Shown here one piece after another: positions 19,933 through 29,149 of a DNA stretch of 38,052 bases (the first letter of the stretch is position 1; every line of letters begins with the position of its first letter). The translations under genes were made by a program, and so were the position numbers. The notes beneath the pieces are model-generated. The model made no database searches. It had not been told where the DNA came from and saw only the letters and a program-made list of their open reading frames with translations. This stretch comes from Bacteroidota bacterium (GTDB lineage: Bacteria > Bacteroidota > Bacteroidia > Bacteroidales > GCA-2748055), in the NCBI GenBank assembly GCA_030637895.1, contig DAOWFP010000066.1, positions 1 through 38,052 on the forward strand, written 5' to 3'.

Positions 19933-22458
19933 GTGACCTATAATACAAAAACAAAGAATAGCTTATTGAGTCGGATATTATGGCTATTCCTACTCGCCTT
20001 CATGCACTTATGCACCATTGTTGAAGGACAGTATTATGGAATGAAGTTTGCCGGTATTGAACATTCTCTTGATCAGCGATCAGGTCTTAATCTTACTCCG
20101 GAGCATTCTCTTAATTTCAAGGGCAATCTGGATCTGGAGTTTTACCTTCGTTTTGAAGCGGATCATGAATCCTACTTTGGTTACATCTTTCGACTCATTC
20201 TCGGAGATAAGAACATCGACTTAATTCATGGTGTCGTCCCCGGTAATCCCAATAACTTCGAATTGATCCTCGATGGGAAAACCAGTGATATCGCTTTTAA
20301 GGTTCCTCTTGATGATCTAAGAAAAGGCTGGTTAAAAATCAGGCTGGAGCTAAATTTCGAAGAGGGTCAGATTACCTTCTATTACAATGACATAGCTCTG
20401 GTGGAAGATCTAGACGCCTATGATCCTAGAAGTGGTTTTCGATTGATGTTTGGGGCCAACTCATTTGGTAACTTTTCATCCACAGATGTTCCAAATATGA
20501 TTATCCGGGACGTGCAGGTGAAAAGTGGGAAAAACACCAGGATAATCTGGCCCCTGGATGAAACTGGTGGTATTATCGCCCATTCCTTTCCCGGGGGAAA
20601 TAATGGAATTGCAGTCAATCCGGAATGGTTATTGAAATACCATAATACCTGGGACCAGAGGTTGAGCAAGCAGATATCCGGAGAAGTAAAGACAGCCTTT
20701 GATTCCAAAAACGATGATCTTTATTTACTCACTACGGATTCTCTCCATATATATAATATAGCGGATGATTCCATAAGAAGCTTAGCTCTGGGATTAGCTT
20801 ACCCCCTTGAAAGTTCCACCCAAATTATCTTTGACACCTCCTCCAATAATCTATTGATGTACTCCCTGGATTATAATTTTATAGCCACTTTTGATTGGGA
20901 GACAAGGATGTGGGACACATATGATACGGGTCCAAGAGATATTACAGTCTACTGGCACCACAGCCGTTTTATTGATCAGGATGGATCGCTTATTGCCTTC
21001 GGTGGCTATGGGCAGTATACCTTTAAAAATTCGGTATTTCTCTGGAATCCCGAAAAGAGTCGTTTCGATAGCATTAGTTACCAGGGAGACTTTCTTCCCA
21101 GGTATCTTGCAGGGGCAGGCTATAATCCCGGCGATAGTCTTTTCTATTTAATAGGTGGCTACGGTAGTGAAAGCGGAAAACAATCTGAGAGTCCGGACTA
21201 CTATTATGAGTTGATCCGTTTCTCCCCGGACGACAGAGCTTTTTCCAATGTGCATAAGTTCGAGGATACAGAGGCCGGATTCTGCTTTGCTAATTCCATT
21301 GTTTTTGATGATGCCAACAATCTTTATGCGCTTTATTTTCCCAAATATCAATTTGACAACCAGCTCCAGTTAATCAAGGTCTCACCTGAGAATCCTGAAA
21401 TTTTTGAGCTGGGGAACGCCATTGATTTCAGTTTTCTGGATATAAACTCAAGTGCTGATCTTTATTACAGCCAGAGATCCGGTTCCCTCCTGGCATTATC
21501 ATCCTACACTTCAGATGGCACCACTCAGGTCTCTATTAATACCATTGCATTTCCACCGCAAAGTTTTTCGACAAAAACTGTAGCAGAGCAAAAACGAAAC
21601 CCTGGTATTGTTAAATACTTTTTGATTGCAGTCCTGGTGTTTGTAGCCAGCTACCTGATTAGTCTTCTAAGGAAAAAGGGGAAGTCTTCAAAAAGAAAAA
21701 CTATTTCTACCCACAGGGAAGGAGCTCCAACAACCAGGGCGAACTCCATCATCCTATTCGGGGGATTCCAGGTAATAGACAAAGCCGGGAACGATATCAC
21801 AGGTCAGTTTACCCCCCTGCCGAAGAAATTATTTCTGTTCATTCTTCTGCACTCCTTGCGAAACGATAAAGGGGTCTCATCCAACACCCTTTATGAAACC
21901 TTCTGGTTTGAAAAAGCAGTGGAAAGTGCCAGAAATAACAGGGCTGTGAATATCGTAAAATTGAAATCCCTGCTCGACAGTCTTGATTCTGCTGCCATCT
22001 CAAAAGCTACCGGTTACTGGAAATTCAATTTTGACCCTGCTGCGATATCTATAGACTATTTTGAATACCTGCAACTTGTCAGCCAGACAAAGGAAACAAC
22101 AAGGGAGCAAGTTGTTCGTCTTCTGGCTATTATTGAAAACAATCCCTTTTTAAACAATACAAATGCTGATTGGCTCGACCCCTTCAAATCTGAAGTATCC
22201 AATGCCATCATTGACACCTTATTCAGGTATATCCATAACGCTGATGATGATCCAGAGTTTCTGCTGCACCTGACCAAATGCATTTTTCAATGTGATATCG
22301 TTAGTGAAGAAGCACTTAAGATCCAGTTGCGCTTGCTCATCAAGCAAGGCAAGCACAGCCTGGCACAGAAAGCTTACTCGATTTTTCTTAAGGAGTACGA
22401 AACGCTTTATAATGAAGCCTACGGTTTAAGCTTTAAACAGCTTATTGGCGAGGAGTAG
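19933..22458 (+). CDS. Membrane-spanning one-component transcriptional regulator (periplasmic LamG/Kelch-like sensor, cytoplasmic SARP/OmpR-like wHTH-BTAD domain)
   Basis: N-terminal hydrophobic signal; Kelch-like FGGYG and IGGYG repeats; TM IVKYFLIAVLVFVASYLISLL followed by a basic stretch; C-terminal ILFGGFQV...LFLFILL...FW...ARNNRAVNIVKLKSLL and a helical tail. The GTG start is uncertain. Confidence 0.8.
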   Translation: MTYNTKTKNSLLSRILWLFLLAFMHLCTIVEGQYYGMKFAGIEHSLDQRSGLNLTPEHSLNFKGNLDLEFYLRFEADHESYFGYIFRLILGDKNIDLIHGVVPGNPNNFELILDGKTSDIAFKVPLDDLRKGWLKIRLELNFEEGQITFYYNDIALVEDLDAYDPRSGFRLMFGANSFGNFSSTDVPNMIIRDVQVKSGKNTRIIWPLDETGGIIAHSFPGGNNGIAVNPEWLLKYHNTWDQRLSKQISGEVKTAFDSKNDDLYLLTTDSLHIYNIADDSIRSLALGLAYPLESSTQIIFDTSSNNLLMYSLDYNFIATFDWETRMWDTYDTGPRDITVYWHHSRFIDQDGSLIAFGGYGQYTFKNSVFLWNPEKSRFDSISYQGDFLPRYLAGAGYNPGDSLFYLIGGYGSESGKQSESPDYYYELIRFSPDDRAFSNVHKFEDTEAGFCFANSIVFDDANNLYALYFPKYQFDNQLQLIKVSPENPEIFELGNAIDFSFLDINSSADLYYSQRSGSLLALSSYTSDGTTQVSINTIAFPPQSFSTKTVAEQKRNPGIVKYFLIAVLVFVASYLISLLRKKGKSSKRKTISTHREGAPTTRANSIILFGGFQVIDKAGNDITGQFTPLPKKLFLFILLHSLRNDKGVSSNTLYETFWFEKAVESARNNRAVNIVKLKSLLDSLDSAAISKATGYWKFNFDPAAISIDYFEYLQLVSQTKETTREQVVRLLAIIENNPFLNNTNADWLDPFKSEVSNAIIDTLFRYIHNADDDPEFLLHLTKCIFQCDIVSEEALKIQLRLLIKQGKHSLAQKAYSIFLKEYETLYNEAYGLSFKQLIGEE

Positions 22459-22467
22459 TAACACCCT

Positions 22468-22501
22468 AAAAAAAGAGAGTGTACCTTTTGATACACCCTC
22501 T
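22468..22501 (-). terminator. Intrinsic terminator
   Basis: Minus strand AGAGGGTGTATC-AAAA-GGTACACTCTCT followed by a T-run. The 12-bp stem has two G-U pairs that would be A-C mismatches on the plus strand. Confidence 0.85.
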
Positions 22502-22558
22502 AAACCTGAAATACTTCAACTAACTAAATTACTACTAAAAAACTACTTGCGTTATTCT
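22468..22558 (-). ncRNA. Candidate ~90-nt small RNA
   Basis: Bounded by a conserved promoter (22564-22608) and the terminator; no ATG; U/G-rich body with repeated UAGU. The 5' end is estimated from the -7 element. Confidence 0.6.
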
Positions 22559-22563
22559 GGGTG

Positions 22564-22608
22564 CTAATATATAGCTGGATAAATAAAAAATTATTAATAA
22601 TACCTTAA
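22564..22608 (-). promoter_or_regulatory. Promoter with TTAA-N7-TTAA box not followed by an ORF
   Basis: AATATA 22566-22571, 22 nt, TTAA 22594, TTAA 22605; minus strand TATATTAG. Confidence 0.7.
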
Positions 22609-22628
22609 TACAGTAATTAATTTCGTTT

Positions 22629-24926
22629 TTATTCCCAGAACACTCTTTTTTCTGGTCCCATTATGAATGTAATGGTGGCACCTGCCTCAATATCAGCGTG
22701 ATTAATATATGGTTCCTCTAGCTTAACTCCATTTAGTTGAACCTCCTGTACATATGGATTGGCTTCTGATCTGTTCCTGGCGATAACACTAAAAATCTTC
22801 CCATTGGCCATATCAATTTCCACCCTGTCAAAGGAGGGGCGCCCTATAGAGTAACGAACATCACCCGGACATACAGGATAAAAGCCAATGGAATTCAGAA
22901 TGTACCAGGCAGACATCTGTCCGCAATCCTCATTCCCCACAATTCCATCAGGTTTATCTGTGTAGAACTGCTCCAGGATCTCTGAGACAAGCTCCTGTGT
23001 TCTCCAGGGCTGATCCACGTAGTTATAAAGGTAGGCGATATGGTGACTGGGCTCATTTCCATGTGCATACTGTCCAATCAGGCCTGTAATATCCACACTT
23101 TTCTCTTCCCCAAGAACTTCTGAGGTAATGCTAAAGAGCGAATCAAGTTTAATGATAAATGACTCTGGCCCTCCCATCAGATCAATCAGCCCGTAAACAT
23201 CATGCGGTACATACCAGGTCCATTGCCATGCATTTCCCTCAACATAGGGTGTTGCCCAATGGGCCGAGTACCTTGGATGAAAGGGCTCCAACCAGCTTCC
23301 ATCCAGATTCTTACCACGCATAAAGCCAAGCTCTGGATCAAAATAGGTGGAGTAGCGCTTTGACTTTGCGAAGAACTCCTCGGCTAAATCCTCTTCACCC
23401 ATTTCTTTTGCCATGCTTGCTATGGCCCAGTAGTTATAAGCGAATTCCAATGCCTTTGATACAGAAGAATGCTCCAGATCGCATGGAATGAAGCCATATT
23501 TTTCCTCAAATAACTTCGCTTCCGGCATCAGGTTCCCCCAGGCCTCCTCAGAGGGATAGTTGATCTCTTTAATGGTGTCATAAGCCACTGAATGAACGAT
23601 TGCTTCAAGTGCCTTCTCCGCATCAAAGTTGCGATGGCCCTTCATATAGGCATCAACGATTACCGAAACCGCATGTGATCCGATCATGGTTCCTGTATAG
23701 TTGGAAGCCAATCCCCACATGGGTAATATTCCGCCTTCATCGTATTTCCGCAGGAGAGCCCTGATTAGCTCCTGGTTGTAATCCTGGTTCAGTATGGTAA
23801 ACAAGGGATGAAGCGCACGGTGGGTATCCCACAAGGAAAATACTGTATAATTGGGGCTGCTGGAGTAATGAATCTGCTGATCCATGCCCCGGTAGGTCCC
23901 ATCCACATCAGAATAGATCCCCGGGTATATGGAACTATGGTACAGGGCAGTATAAAAGGTCCTTTTCTCACTCAGGTCATTTGTCTCTATCCGTACTTTT
24001 GACAGCTCCTTCTCCCAGATCCTCTCCGCCTGGCTGCTGATGTAATCGAAATCCCATCCATTTAACTCCTGGTTCAGGTTCTTTGCCGATCCTTCATAAC
24101 TAACTGCACTAAGTCCAATCTTTGCAATAACCTGCTCCCCTTCTTCCGTATGAAATTTTAATTTAAGCTTCGCATTCTTACCTGATACACTTGTACTGCC
24201 CTCCTGCAGCTCATTGTCCAGGTATAACTCGGCATCAAAGGGTTTTGAAAATTTCGCAGTAAAATAGACATAATGATTCTTCGCCCACCCGGAAGTCACT
24301 TTCAGGCCCTGGATCTCTTGCTTATTAAGTATTTTAATCTCGTGAAGAGGGTTTTCATGACCATGAATGGTATGTGTTAGATCTATCAGAATTCCAGCAT
24401 TCTCTGCTTCAGGAAAAGTATAGCGGTGCATTCCCGTATGGTAAGTCGAGCTTAATTCAACTCCTACATTATAATCTGTTAGCTCAACGCTGTAGTAGCC
24501 AGGTCGGGCACTTTCCTTCTCTTTGTTAAATCTTGATCTGTATCCTGAATCGATCTGATCTTCAGAACCTGCATCCAGGGAAACTTCCCCGGTATAAGGC
24601 ATAAATAAAATATCTCCATAGTCTCCAATTCCGGTTCCACTCAGATGGGTATGGCTGAAACCAAGGATGGAAGAGTCTGAGTAGTGATAACCGGCGCAGG
24701 CATCCCAGCCAAGGGTACGTGTATCAGGACTAAGTTGTACCATACCAAAGGGAAGTGTGGCACCGGGAAATGTATGTCCATGGAAATCAGTACCGATAAA
24801 AGGGTCTACATAAGCAACGAATTCTGCACGATTCCGGCTTTTTATTATGGGCCCGCCACAGGCAAAAACGATAAGCGCAAATAGCGTGATGAGGAAAAGT
24901 GGACTTTTGAATCCTATCGTTGTCAT
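22629..24926 (-). CDS. GH92 family alpha-1,2-mannosidase-like, probable lipoprotein
   Basis: YVDPFIGT..HGHTFPGA..PFGMVQLSPDT, GFSHTHLSGTG, SLWDTHRALHP, EGNAWQW, HGNEPSHH, GNEDCGQMSAWY. Confidence 0.95.
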   Translation of the reverse strand: MTTIGFKSPLFLITLFALIVFACGGPIIKSRNRAEFVAYVDPFIGTDFHGHTFPGATLPFGMVQLSPDTRTLGWDACAGYHYSDSSILGFSHTHLSGTGIGDYGDILFMPYTGEVSLDAGSEDQIDSGYRSRFNKEKESARPGYYSVELTDYNVGVELSSTYHTGMHRYTFPEAENAGILIDLTHTIHGHENPLHEIKILNKQEIQGLKVTSGWAKNHYVYFTAKFSKPFDAELYLDNELQEGSTSVSGKNAKLKLKFHTEEGEQVIAKIGLSAVSYEGSAKNLNQELNGWDFDYISSQAERIWEKELSKVRIETNDLSEKRTFYTALYHSSIYPGIYSDVDGTYRGMDQQIHYSSSPNYTVFSLWDTHRALHPLFTILNQDYNQELIRALLRKYDEGGILPMWGLASNYTGTMIGSHAVSVIVDAYMKGHRNFDAEKALEAIVHSVAYDTIKEINYPSEEAWGNLMPEAKLFEEKYGFIPCDLEHSSVSKALEFAYNYWAIASMAKEMGEEDLAEEFFAKSKRYSTYFDPELGFMRGKNLDGSWLEPFHPRYSAHWATPYVEGNAWQWTWYVPHDVYGLIDLMGGPESFIIKLDSLFSITSEVLGEEKSVDITGLIGQYAHGNEPSHHIAYLYNYVDQPWRTQELVSEILEQFYTDKPDGIVGNEDCGQMSAWYILNSIGFYPVCPGDVRYSIGRPSFDRVEIDMANGKIFSVIARNRSEANPYVQEVQLNGVKLEEPYINHADIEAGATITFIMGPEKRVFWE

Positions 24927-24948
24927 GCCTTCTAAATTCTAATTAGGC

Positions 24949-24993
24949 ATAAAATAAGATTGGCAACTTAATTTTCGATTAACAAATGATTAA
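24949..24993 (-). promoter_or_regulatory. Promoter with three 11-bp-phased TTAA boxes upstream of GH92
   Basis: TTAA at 24968, 24979 and 24990; AAAATA 24951-24956 (one mismatch to AATATA) lies 22 nt from TTAA 24979. Confidence 0.6.
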
Positions 24994-24994
24994 T

Positions 24995-25717
24995 TTACCG
25001 GGAATCCAATAATTTTGTAGTTGAACTCACTAATTTACTGATAATTTCCCCCACCCATTCCCTGTATTGCTCTCCACTGGGGTGCAATCCGTCTTCGGCC
25101 ACCAGTCCAGGCTCACTTAGCCCCCTCCTGGATATGGGTGTGATATCTAAGCAGGCAATGTCAAATTCAGCTGCTATCCTTTTATTAATCTCGTTATAGG
25201 CATCTATTTCTCTGCTTATGGTCTTGTCCCTTTTCCCAAAGGGTGTAAAGGCATAATCGGGAATAGAGAGTATAAACACTCGGGAGGAATCCTGGGCGAC
25301 AAGCTCCAGAGCCTTATCGATGATTTGCCGCAACTCAGGTTCATAGATATTGATATCCAGGCCCTGGTACTGATTATTTACGCCAATAAGGATGGATACC
25401 AGGTTATAGCTTATATTCCTGTCAAGATCCTTATTAAAACCATTTAATAGATCTGAGGTGGTCCATCCTGTAACTGCAATGTAATCAGGATCCTTTGCTT
25501 TTATACCCTTACTCCTGAGAGCAGCTATAAACTGATATGGCCATCGCTGTTCAGGCTTCACACTCTCTCCAATGGTATAAGAGTCACCCAGTGCCAGCAT
25601 TCGAACCTCCTGCGAAATTGTAATTTCCTGTGACAGAATTTGCATATTCATAGCTAAAAGAATTATATACAGAAAAAGATTTTTTAGAGCTAAACTTTTT
25701 TTAAATATTCGTCTCAT
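24995..25717 (-). CDS. SGNH/GDSL hydrolase
   Basis: ALGDSYT, IGVNN, DGLHP. Start moved to ATG 25717 (MRRIFKK) to avoid overlap with the divergent gene; a start slightly downstream is also possible. Confidence 0.9.
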   Translation of the reverse strand: MRRIFKKSLALKNLFLYIILLAMNMQILSQEITISQEVRMLALGDSYTIGESVKPEQRWPYQFIAALRSKGIKAKDPDYIAVTGWTTSDLLNGFNKDLDRNISYNLVSILIGVNNQYQGLDINIYEPELRQIIDKALELVAQDSSRVFILSIPDYAFTPFGKRDKTISREIDAYNEINKRIAAEFDIACLDITPISRRGLSEPGLVAEDGLHPSGEQYREWVGEIISKLVSSTTKLLDSR

Positions 25718-25763
25718 GCTTAGTTGTTTTGTACATTCGTATGATATAATAATAAAAACAATC

Positions 25764-26459
25764 ATGAAAAAAACGCTTTCTCATTCCCTAACAACCTTAT
25801 TCCTTCTATTTTCACTGTTTGCAAGCTCCCATGGACAAGAGAGCTGGATCAAGCTTTTCGATGGTCAGACATTGAAGGGATGGTCCGTACACAGTGGTAA
25901 TGCCACTTACAAAGTGGAGGACGGAGCCATTGTGGGACAGGCCGTGAAAAACAGTCCCAATACCTTCCTGTGCACCGACCGTGAATTTAGTGATTTTATC
26001 CTTGAATTCGAGGTTTTGGTTGATGATGAACTCAATTCCGGAGTGCAGTTCAGAAGCCATATCGCTCCTCAGGAATTGGTCTTCTGGTTCAGGAATGATA
26101 AAGGAGACTATCAGCCTACAACCATCCCTGCAGACAGGGTATACGGGTACCAGGTGGAAATCGCTGCCGGAGGTGGGTCCGGGGGGGTTTACGATGAAGC
26201 CCGAAGGGCCATGACGCCCTGGTGGCCAGAGGAGGGTTCAGAAGAAAGAAAGGCATTTAAGAGTAAGAAATGGAATATCTATCGGATTGAATGCAAAGGT
26301 GATTCAATCAGGACCATTGTGAATGGAGTGATCGTAACTGACTTCAGGGATGCTCTGTCGGGCAGAGGTATCATTGGCCTGCAGGTACATGATGTGGGTA
26401 ATGATTCCACCCCCTACCAGGTACGATGGAGAAACATCAGGCTGCTGCCACTGGATTAA
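25764..26459 (+). CDS. DUF1080 (3-keto-glycoside hydrolase/hydratase-like) protein, secreted
   Basis: W..LFDGQTLKGW, FSDFILEFE, NSGVQFRS, GYQVEI, GIIGLQVH, WRNIRL. Start ATG 25764 gives a signal peptide. Confidence 0.9.
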   Translation: MKKTLSHSLTTLFLLFSLFASSHGQESWIKLFDGQTLKGWSVHSGNATYKVEDGAIVGQAVKNSPNTFLCTDREFSDFILEFEVLVDDELNSGVQFRSHIAPQELVFWFRNDKGDYQPTTIPADRVYGYQVEIAAGGGSGGVYDEARRAMTPWWPEEGSEERKAFKSKKWNIYRIECKGDSIRTIVNGVIVTDFRDALSGRGIIGLQVHDVGNDSTPYQVRWRNIRLLPLD

Positions 26460-26465
26460 AATTGA

Positions 26466-27980
26466 TCAGTTTCCCATAAACAGACTGGCTGAAGAAAATT
26501 CCGGATCGCAGGTAAGATTCACGTGCAGCTTTCGAAGTCCGGCTTCATCGCCCGGTGTGGGAATATGGGTCAGGTGGACCTCACAGTTCCGCAATTCGGC
26601 AAGTTTTTCAATAGCCAACTGAGCCGCGGGGTTGGAGATGGCAGAGATTCCGAGCATAATAAGGGTTTCTTCCACGTCGAGGCTGATCATTTTTCCAGTG
26701 AGGACTTCCTTTTTAAGAAATGTGACTTTTTCTATCATGTTTGCCGGGAGAAGGTGCATATGATCGGGCAGCTCTGCCAGGTGCTTGGCAGCATTCAGAA
26801 TCAAGCTTGATGCCGAATGCAACAAGGGGGAATTCTTGCCACTTATGAGGGTGCCATCTCTCAGTTCAATGGCGGCCCCGCAAAATATTCCATTGGACCC
26901 TTTACCTGATTCTCTTGCATCCAGGGCAGCCTGTCTGGCTGGCTGAACCACCTTCCTGTCTTTTACTCTGGCATTTACCTTTTCCATAATTAACTCGGCC
27001 CTGTCAAGGGCTTCTCTGTCCACAAGCCCCATGGTATACTCCACAGCACACCGGAAATACCTGCGGATAATTTCCTGGTGGGAAGCCTCTGCGATCACCG
27101 CATCATCTACAATACCGGCACTTGCTCTGTTGACGCCCATGTCAGTGGGACTTTTGTAGATGGACTCCTCCCCTGTTATCTTTTCAAGTATTCTTCTTAG
27201 TAAAGGAAAGGCTTCAATGTCCCTGTTATAGTTAACCGTTTTCTCATTATATGCTTCCAGGTGATGATGATCAATCTGTACGATGTCCTTCAGGTCCACC
27301 GTAGCTGCCTCGTAAGCAGTATTCACATTATGCGAGAGAGGAAGGTTCCAGATGGGAAAGGTTTCGAATTTGGCATACCCGGCCTTAACTCCAAGTTTAT
27401 ATTCATGATACATATTGTTGAGACAGGTAGCCAGTTTTCCACTGCCCGGTCCGGGAGCAGTCACAACCACGATAGGTTTTTTTGTCTCTATGTAAGGATT
27501 GGCTCCATATCCCTGATCACTGACTATCTGGTCCACATCCATGGGATAACCCTTCGTATATCCATGTGTATATACCTTGATTCCGTTTCTCTCAAGCTTG
27601 TTTTTGAATGAGGTTGCCTGGGCTTGTTCATGGTAGCGTGTTATTACCACAGCAGTTATTTCAAGTCCCCATTCCTTAAACTCATCAATGGTTCTTAGTA
27701 CATCTGAATCATAACTTATGCCAAAATCTGCCCTGATTTTCCTTTTTTCGATATCGCCTGCATGCACACAAAGAATGATATCGATTTTATCTTTTAATTC
27801 CTGAAGGAGACGCATTTTTACATTCGGATCGAAACCAGGCAGAACCCTTGAAGCATGATAATCGTACATGATTTTCCCCCCGAATTCCAGATAGAGTTTC
27901 TCGGGAAAATGATTCACACGCTCCAGGATAGAAGTGGTTTGTTCCTTAATGTAGGCTTCATTGTCGAATCCAATTTTCAT
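26466..27980 (-). CDS. DUF1846 (UPF0371) family protein
   Basis: MKIGFDN...KLYLEFGGK..YDYHASRVLPGFDPN, P-loop-like TAPGPGSGK, KFETFPIWN, SPTDMGVN. Confidence 0.9.
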   Translation of the reverse strand: MKIGFDNEAYIKEQTTSILERVNHFPEKLYLEFGGKIMYDYHASRVLPGFDPNVKMRLLQELKDKIDIILCVHAGDIEKRKIRADFGISYDSDVLRTIDEFKEWGLEITAVVITRYHEQAQATSFKNKLERNGIKVYTHGYTKGYPMDVDQIVSDQGYGANPYIETKKPIVVVTAPGPGSGKLATCLNNMYHEYKLGVKAGYAKFETFPIWNLPLSHNVNTAYEAATVDLKDIVQIDHHHLEAYNEKTVNYNRDIEAFPLLRRILEKITGEESIYKSPTDMGVNRASAGIVDDAVIAEASHQEIIRRYFRCAVEYTMGLVDREALDRAELIMEKVNARVKDRKVVQPARQAALDARESGKGSNGIFCGAAIELRDGTLISGKNSPLLHSASSLILNAAKHLAELPDHMHLLPANMIEKVTFLKKEVLTGKMISLDVEETLIMLGISAISNPAAQLAIEKLAELRNCEVHLTHIPTPGDEAGLRKLHVNLTCDPEFSSASLFMGN

Positions 27981-28039
27981 TGCAGTTCCAGGTATATTGG
28001 TTAATAAGCACTTTTAATTTCCAATCTGATCTATGAAGC

Positions 28040-29149
28040 TTAGTTTAATGATTCCACCACATCATCCAGCAGTTTCAATGTTCCTTCCACAGGGTCACCT
28101 CCTGCTTCATATTCAGTGGAAATATACCCCTTGTAGTTTGCATCATTCAGAACCTGAACACAGCGGGCTATATCCACATCCGGATACCTTGACCACCGCT
28201 TGGCATGGCACATCGAAGTGGCCATGGGGATCAATACTTCAAGACCGTTATAGAGCATATACGCATGTTCCCAGTTGCAAAAATCGGGAGAGGCTTCGCA
28301 GAATGGACTATTTACCTCATTGAGGATGATTCTAATATTTATGGGATTTGCAGCCAATCCCCAATGGTTCTCTATGGTAAGCTTAACACCAACTTTTTCA
28401 CCATAATCGGCCATTTCCTTAAAGGATTCAATGGCATTCTTCAAATAGGGTTCGATCTCCAGATTCTGAGGATATCCACCCTGAATGACAGATGCAGGTA
28501 TAATCCGGGGACCACCTGTATTTACACGCATGGACTGAACACCAATGTGTTTGGAAGCATCCAACCATAGTTTTGCCACCCGAATTCCTTCCTTTCTTTT
28601 TTCTTCATCCAGGTCAGCAATATTTCGGGGTGCATTGTTTGAGATATGGACAGCCTTCAATCCACTTGTTGAGATTTTATCAGCAAGCTTATCCAGGTAG
28701 GCTTTTGCTGAAGCTGCGCCCGGATCAAAGTCCCGGAGATAGGTGCGCCCATTTCTTTCAACCTTAACAAACATCGTATCGTCGGACAGATCTCCAAAGA
28801 GTGATGACCAAAGATCCATGGCCGGAACTCCGGGATAGGTATCAAGGGTGAACTGTGGGAAATTGAGAAGCGTAATCTCTCCATATTTTTCCTTTAAAGC
28901 AGTTGTCTCCGGACGTTCAGGTCTTGAGCCATAGGGCCGTCTTATAAAAAGCTGATTGACTGCATAGCTGTTTGATGCCATTTGCTTTAAACGCTCTTCC
29001 CTGCTTCTTTGAATCACTTTTTCATCAGGAACATGTATTGCTGATGCCCGAGTGCCCATCCCGGCTACTCCTACCATTCCAATTCCGGCTGACTTTAAAA
29101 AACTTCGACGTCTGATTGCTGAGGATTGCTTGTCAGGTAAGGATTTCAT
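28040..29149 (-). CDS. Tat-exported xylose-isomerase-like TIM barrel (sugar phosphate isomerase/epimerase family)
   Basis: RRRSFLK Tat motif; MRVNTGG, IENHWG, PDFCNW, CHAK, YISTEYE. Start moved to ATG 29149 (MKSLPDK). Confidence 0.85.
   Translation of the reverse strand: MKSLPDKQSSAIRRRSFLKSAGIGMVGVAGMGTRASAIHVPDEKVIQRSREERLKQMASNSYAVNQLFIRRPYGSRPERPETTALKEKYGEITLLNFPQFTLDTYPGVPAMDLWSSLFGDLSDDTMFVKVERNGRTYLRDFDPGAASAKAYLDKLADKISTSGLKAVHISNNAPRNIADLDEEKRKEGIRVAKLWLDASKHIGVQSMRVNTGGPRIIPASVIQGGYPQNLEIEPYLKNAIESFKEMADYGEKVGVKLTIENHWGLAANPINIRIILNEVNSPFCEASPDFCNWEHAYMLYNGLEVLIPMATSMCHAKRWSRYPDVDIARCVQVLNDANYKGYISTEYEAGGDPVEGTLKLLDDVVESLN

Noticed and set aside
25716-25765. Apparent head-to-head overlap of SGNH and DUF1080 ORFs
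   Set aside because: Starts at 25717 (-) and 25764 (+) resolve it into a 46-bp divergent gap.
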